Shown: positions 60,027 through 64,000 of the stretch, piece by piece
Layout of the letters: every line of letters begins with the position of its first letter
Position numbering within the stretch: the stretch's first letter is position 1
NCBI GenBank assembly: GCA_002633005.1
Contig: NMRA01000018.1
Location: 1,375,531 to 1,439,530 of the forward strand
DNA length: 64,000 bases
Reading direction: 5' to 3'
From: Phoronis australis
Taxonomy: Eukaryota; Animalia; Phoronida
Notes under the pieces: model-generated
The model's input: the letters and a program-made list of their open reading frames with translations, nothing else
Told to the model about the DNA's origin: nothing
The model's database searches: none
Program-made: the position numbers and the translations under genes

Positions 60027-60747
60027 CACAAAATAATTGTTCATTTGAAAGCCAATCTATTATTGACCAATGGTTTATATTTACAATATTTGACTGCCTG
60101 TATGTTTTCACTGGCCATGACGTATTGATACAATATGTTCCCCTACACCTGTAGTGTGTGGTGTTTAACCGATCCTCCTGGAAGAAAGGTCCAAGGAAAT
60201 ATCTGTTGACAGCTGTGATAAGTTGTACACGGGAATGTGACTATGAAAGAAAGGAGTTAATCTGAGTCGAATTTTGCTTGTGATGGAACGATGTAGAGAT
60301 CAGCTAGAGGTCCACAAACTTCTCAATTTCTATCCTCCGCCTTCGGTTAGCAGGCTATAGGCATGCTGGTTCAAATCAAGTATCTGCTTGTCAACGTCTT
60401 GTGATTGTTGGCAGCTCACACAGTGCCAATTGTCAAATCTGGCCACCCTTCAAAAACTACCCTGAGTCGTCTGAGATGGGTAGGTAAGTCGATGTTTGTG
60501 CGCAGTTAAGTGGGACGATTAATATTGTAAAGAAAATCGTTTTCTTTTCGCTGTTAAAGATAATTCTTTTGCCTGGTTTTAAATGACGGACATATATGAT
60601 ATACGATCAGACGTGGTTAGGGTCTTGAACTTTTAATTGTATCAAACCCCAGTAACTTTACTATCAGATTGTTATTTTTTGTGATTGATCATGATCAGAA
60701 CATTGTCAGATCACGTTTGGAGACTGTTTATGCAATTATTGTTTTTT

Positions 60748-60796
60748 AATAAAATGCCTTGTTGCAGACAATGTGTAAAACTTGTTTGCTATTAAA
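60748..60796 (+). terminator. Candidate FBXW8 polyadenylation signals (AATAAA 60748, ATTAAA 60791)
   Basis: Hexamers about 720-770 nt after the stop, followed by T-rich sequence. Confidence 0.45.
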
Positions 60797-62640
60797 ACTA
60801 TTTTAATGCTATTTTCCATATTTTGTAGTTTTTATTTAAACAGAAACGAGCTTTTCACAATAGCACATAAAACCATATTAATAATTCAGACTAGATAATT
60901 TCATAAATTATTGTTAAGCAGATGCAAAGTTCGAGACGTCATCCTGTAATAAACTTCTGATATAATAAAAAGGACCCACAAAACAAAACCACTGTTGGTT
61001 ATATTTTCATCACAGAAAACAAAAAAACAACCCATGCACTCACAAGTACATGCACAAACTATAAACGAACGTTTTGTATCTGCAAAATTGCAACAGCAAT
61101 TGTTAGAAACATTTCCCATTTTGTCGGACTTCAGACGAGAGCACTTTCCAAATGAACCAATCAGTTTGGTCAATTGTGAAAGTGCTACATCAGCAGATCA
61201 AAAACATAAGATAAAATAAGAGTTAAGTTGTTTCTGAAATAAAAACTAACATGTATCCGAGTTTTATTCCAAACACAATATAACCACAATATAACCATAA
61301 CAAACAATAAGTGTTAACTTGCCTTATTATGTGACACTGTGAAATTCGCAAAATTGAAACGAAGTATTTGACACTGGCCATTGCATGAAACGGGATGTCC
61401 CATGGTAAGAGTAATCTAACCTAAACAGTGCTAAATATACCTGTAGTGTTCTTGGTAATCTTGCTCAGCATCACCTGTTTTGATACAAAAGTCAAGTAAT
61501 TCCCGAGCTTGAAGTTACCTTTCAAATGCAATAATGGGCAACTTGATATTCTCTAGGTGGCGCTAATGAATAAAAGTCTCCCTTTTTGACATAAGAATAG
61601 ATCGAGAGCAAAAAGCATTTCATTACCACGGAGATGTTCGAAGGATAAAGGCTCCACATGATTACCTGAATGCAAGCATTTCTACGGTCCCTTGTTTGAA
61701 CACTAGTGACACCTAGTGAATTCCCAAGCTCCCCGTTGCTTTGCTCCACACAAAAGAAATTTAGATCATGAAAATGGTCATGGTTAGTGTTAGTGGTTCT
61801 AGGCTAGTACCATAGCAGAGACTAGACAGCTCCGAATTATTCTAGTTCATGACAAGTCATAAATATGACATTGAGTAACATACCAATGAAGACTCACCCA
61901 ATAAGTGCATAGATTGGTACATCACAATATTCATATTTTACTTTAAATACAATATTTATGTCTGTTGGTAATGGCAACACATTAATAAATAATTTACTGT
62001 GCTCCTGTTAGTTCGTGATACATGCACAGAACTGATGCAACACCACAGATGCATATACGGTAAAATCTAGGACACAATATGGTGATAAGAGAAATCTTCT
62101 CATTTTCTTCCACTAAAGATATGTACCACCGAATTAGCGCTTTACTGTGTTCAAGCTCTGTATCATAGCTATCATTAGAAAATGTTTTTGATAAATCGTG
62201 GGCATTCACAATGATAGAAGCCCTTGAAAAATGGAAAAAGCAATTCTGGTAATTATTTTTATCCGAAATTAGTGAGATTTTACCACATACACATCCGTGG
62301 GCGACACCTATGGGGATAGTCAACTCGCAAACTTTCCAATCAGAGGAAGTTAATAGTTAGGAACTTGACTGTATTATCGGCTTGAATGAAGATGACTGTG
62401 CATCGGAGCCTGGAACGAGGCTCCGGTGCACAGTTGGTTGGAACGAGGCTACAGTGGTTCTTGTGTTGATCTATTGATAAAGTACCGGTACATGTTATTG
62501 TGTAAACTGCTTTTTTACTGACAACAGAACTTTTTGAATTTAATGGTTTATAAACAACACAACTATCAAGCAAAAAAAAATTCTGCATGGTAGGTTAATA
62601 AAGGAATTTCTAAAGTGAAACCGTATAGTTTGAGACAAGG

Positions 62641-63771
62641 CTATTGGTATTTACTTTGTGAATCAATTATTTCTAGTATTTTTTCATCCAACCCCATAGC
62701 ACTTGCTTCCTCTACAATGATCTCAATTTCTTCAAGTCGTTCCTCTTTTTCCAAGAGAATCAGCAATGTAGCAAAAAGCTGGGCTTTCAACTTCCTGCGC
62801 AAAAAGTCTTTATGCATCAAATGTTTCAGAATGGATATTTTGTTGAATTCCACTTTATCCTTGCTGAAGATAATGTCATTCACAGCAACTCTCAAAAATG
62901 GAGCCAGATTCATTTCAGTTTCCGTACTCATAGATTCTGTATTCTTTTCTTCATCAGTCCGCATATCTGAAATTGAACTTAGCATATCTGCCACCATCTG
63001 AGCATCTTTGCTGTTCCACTCATCACCTTCTTTCTTGGAAATCAATGCTTCTGCCTGAGTGAACTCTTCACAATACAAAAAGCACTTCCATAAACAAATT
63101 AACGGAACAAGGTCAGACGACAATTTGCAGTTTTCAACAAACTCCCTTAGTCTCGGGAGTATACATGGAAAGTCTTTTATAATTGATGTGGCAAGATGGA
63201 CAAAGAATATTTCAACTTTTTCAAAATTCCTATTTCTGTGGTACATCAGTTTAACACAGTCCACACCTTCAGTAATTCTTCCGGAATTTTTGTAAGCACT
63301 GAACAGTGACGAATAGAACGAATCAGGTGAACACACCTTGGATGCCAGAAGTCTCTCCTGTATTTCAAGTAGAGCTTCAACTTCACCCACATTACCCAGC
63401 TGCTGAATGAAGTTCACAATTGTATCACCAGGTGGCATAACGTCACTATCCATGCACAGTAACAAAAATGCAACGGCTTTCTTAAATTGCCAATTGTTCA
63501 TGTACTTAATCAACTTTCTGTTGTTCTCTGCATGGCTTCCCGTCGAACAGAATCTGGATAAAGACAGACTGACGTAATTAGTCCCGTTTTTGGTGATAGT
63601 CGAGAGGCCTTTTTGTTTATGACCTCCACCATTTGCATCGGCATCGCCATCGAAACACAAGTCATTTGCCAGAGATCCTAAAAGAAATGGTTTTAAACCA
63701 TCGCGTCGGAATAGGCATCCAATAAAACGCTCTGCGGGATTGCTTCGAAAGTTTGGTAGCCTTCTTAGCAT
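62641..63771 (-). CDS. Intronless PPR-like, putatively mitochondrial protein resembling the LRPPRC C-terminal region, 376 aa
   Basis: Long open frame; the first ATG is at 63771 (the ORF-track start is a TTG). Arg-rich N-terminus MLRRLPNFRS; PPR-like helices TIVNFIQQLGNVGEVEALLEIQERL, FYSSLFSAYKNSGRITEGVDCVKLM and PLICLWKCFLYCEEFTQAEALISK. Confidence 0.78.
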   Translation of the reverse strand: MLRRLPNFRSNPAERFIGCLFRRDGLKPFLLGSLANDLCFDGDADANGGGHKQKGLSTITKNGTNYVSLSLSRFCSTGSHAENNRKLIKYMNNWQFKKAVAFLLLCMDSDVMPPGDTIVNFIQQLGNVGEVEALLEIQERLLASKVCSPDSFYSSLFSAYKNSGRITEGVDCVKLMYHRNRNFEKVEIFFVHLATSIIKDFPCILPRLREFVENCKLSSDLVPLICLWKCFLYCEEFTQAEALISKKEGDEWNSKDAQMVADMLSSISDMRTDEEKNTESMSTETEMNLAPFLRVAVNDIIFSKDKVEFNKISILKHLMHKDFLRRKLKAQLFATLLILLEKEERLEEIEIIVEEASAMGLDEKILEIIDSQSKYQ

Positions 63772-63839
63772 ATCAGCAGTGGGCTTCGCGATACAAGCAC
63801 AAAATATCGTTGTTTCACAAGACAGTTTCACATTGCGCA

Positions 63840-63851
63840 GGCGGCCATTTT
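63840..63851 (-). promoter_or_regulatory. YY1-type motif AAAATGGCCGCC near the presumed TSS of the PPR-like gene
   Basis: Close match to the AAnATGGCnGC consensus about 70 nt upstream of the ATG, adjacent to TGCGCA. Confidence 0.45.
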
Positions 63852-64000
63852 TGGTGGGCAATCCCCAATATATGACCTATTTTCAAAACGAGGTTAAGGG
63901 ATTCCCCCGACTTTTGTACAGTTTTGTGGACGGTGTGAAATAATTGTTTTCAATTGCATACACTACGTTATAGTGTTTTAGGTATAATTACACACTGATC

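Noticed and set aside
63772-63861. 30-aa N-terminal extension of the 406-aa ORF
   Set aside because: The ORF-track start is TTG; the first ATG at 63771 gives a presequence-like N-terminus.

Overview
Eukaryotic, AT-rich animal genomic DNA (most likely a marine invertebrate; species not determinable) with spliceosomal introns. Four protein-coding genes can be assembled by hand from splice sites and frame: (1) a 5-exon, 500-aa CYP2-clan cytochrome P450 (+, 5756-13741) with a GC-AG intron and several non-canonical active-site residues; (2) a 353-aa tyrosylprotein sulfotransferase TPST (-, 26266-21953) whose start codon is overlapped by a 3-codon uORF and which is preceded by about 20 kb of gene-poor, probably 5'UTR-intronic DNA; (3) an 11-exon, 624-aa FBXW8 orthologue (+, 48414-60026); (4) an intronless 376-aa protein with a mitochondrial-type presequence and PPR-like helices resembling only the C-terminal part of LRPPRC (-, 63771-62641). 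Non-coding DNA is rich in non-autonomous DNA transposons. These include a Helentron/HINE-like family whose internal ~150-bp subrepeats each carry a CTCF-like motif, Kolobok derivatives with THAP, KolX and transposase relics, several MITE families and tRNA-derived SINE heads. No rRNA, intact tRNA or CRISPR array was found. All homology statements come from recalled family motifs, not from database searches.
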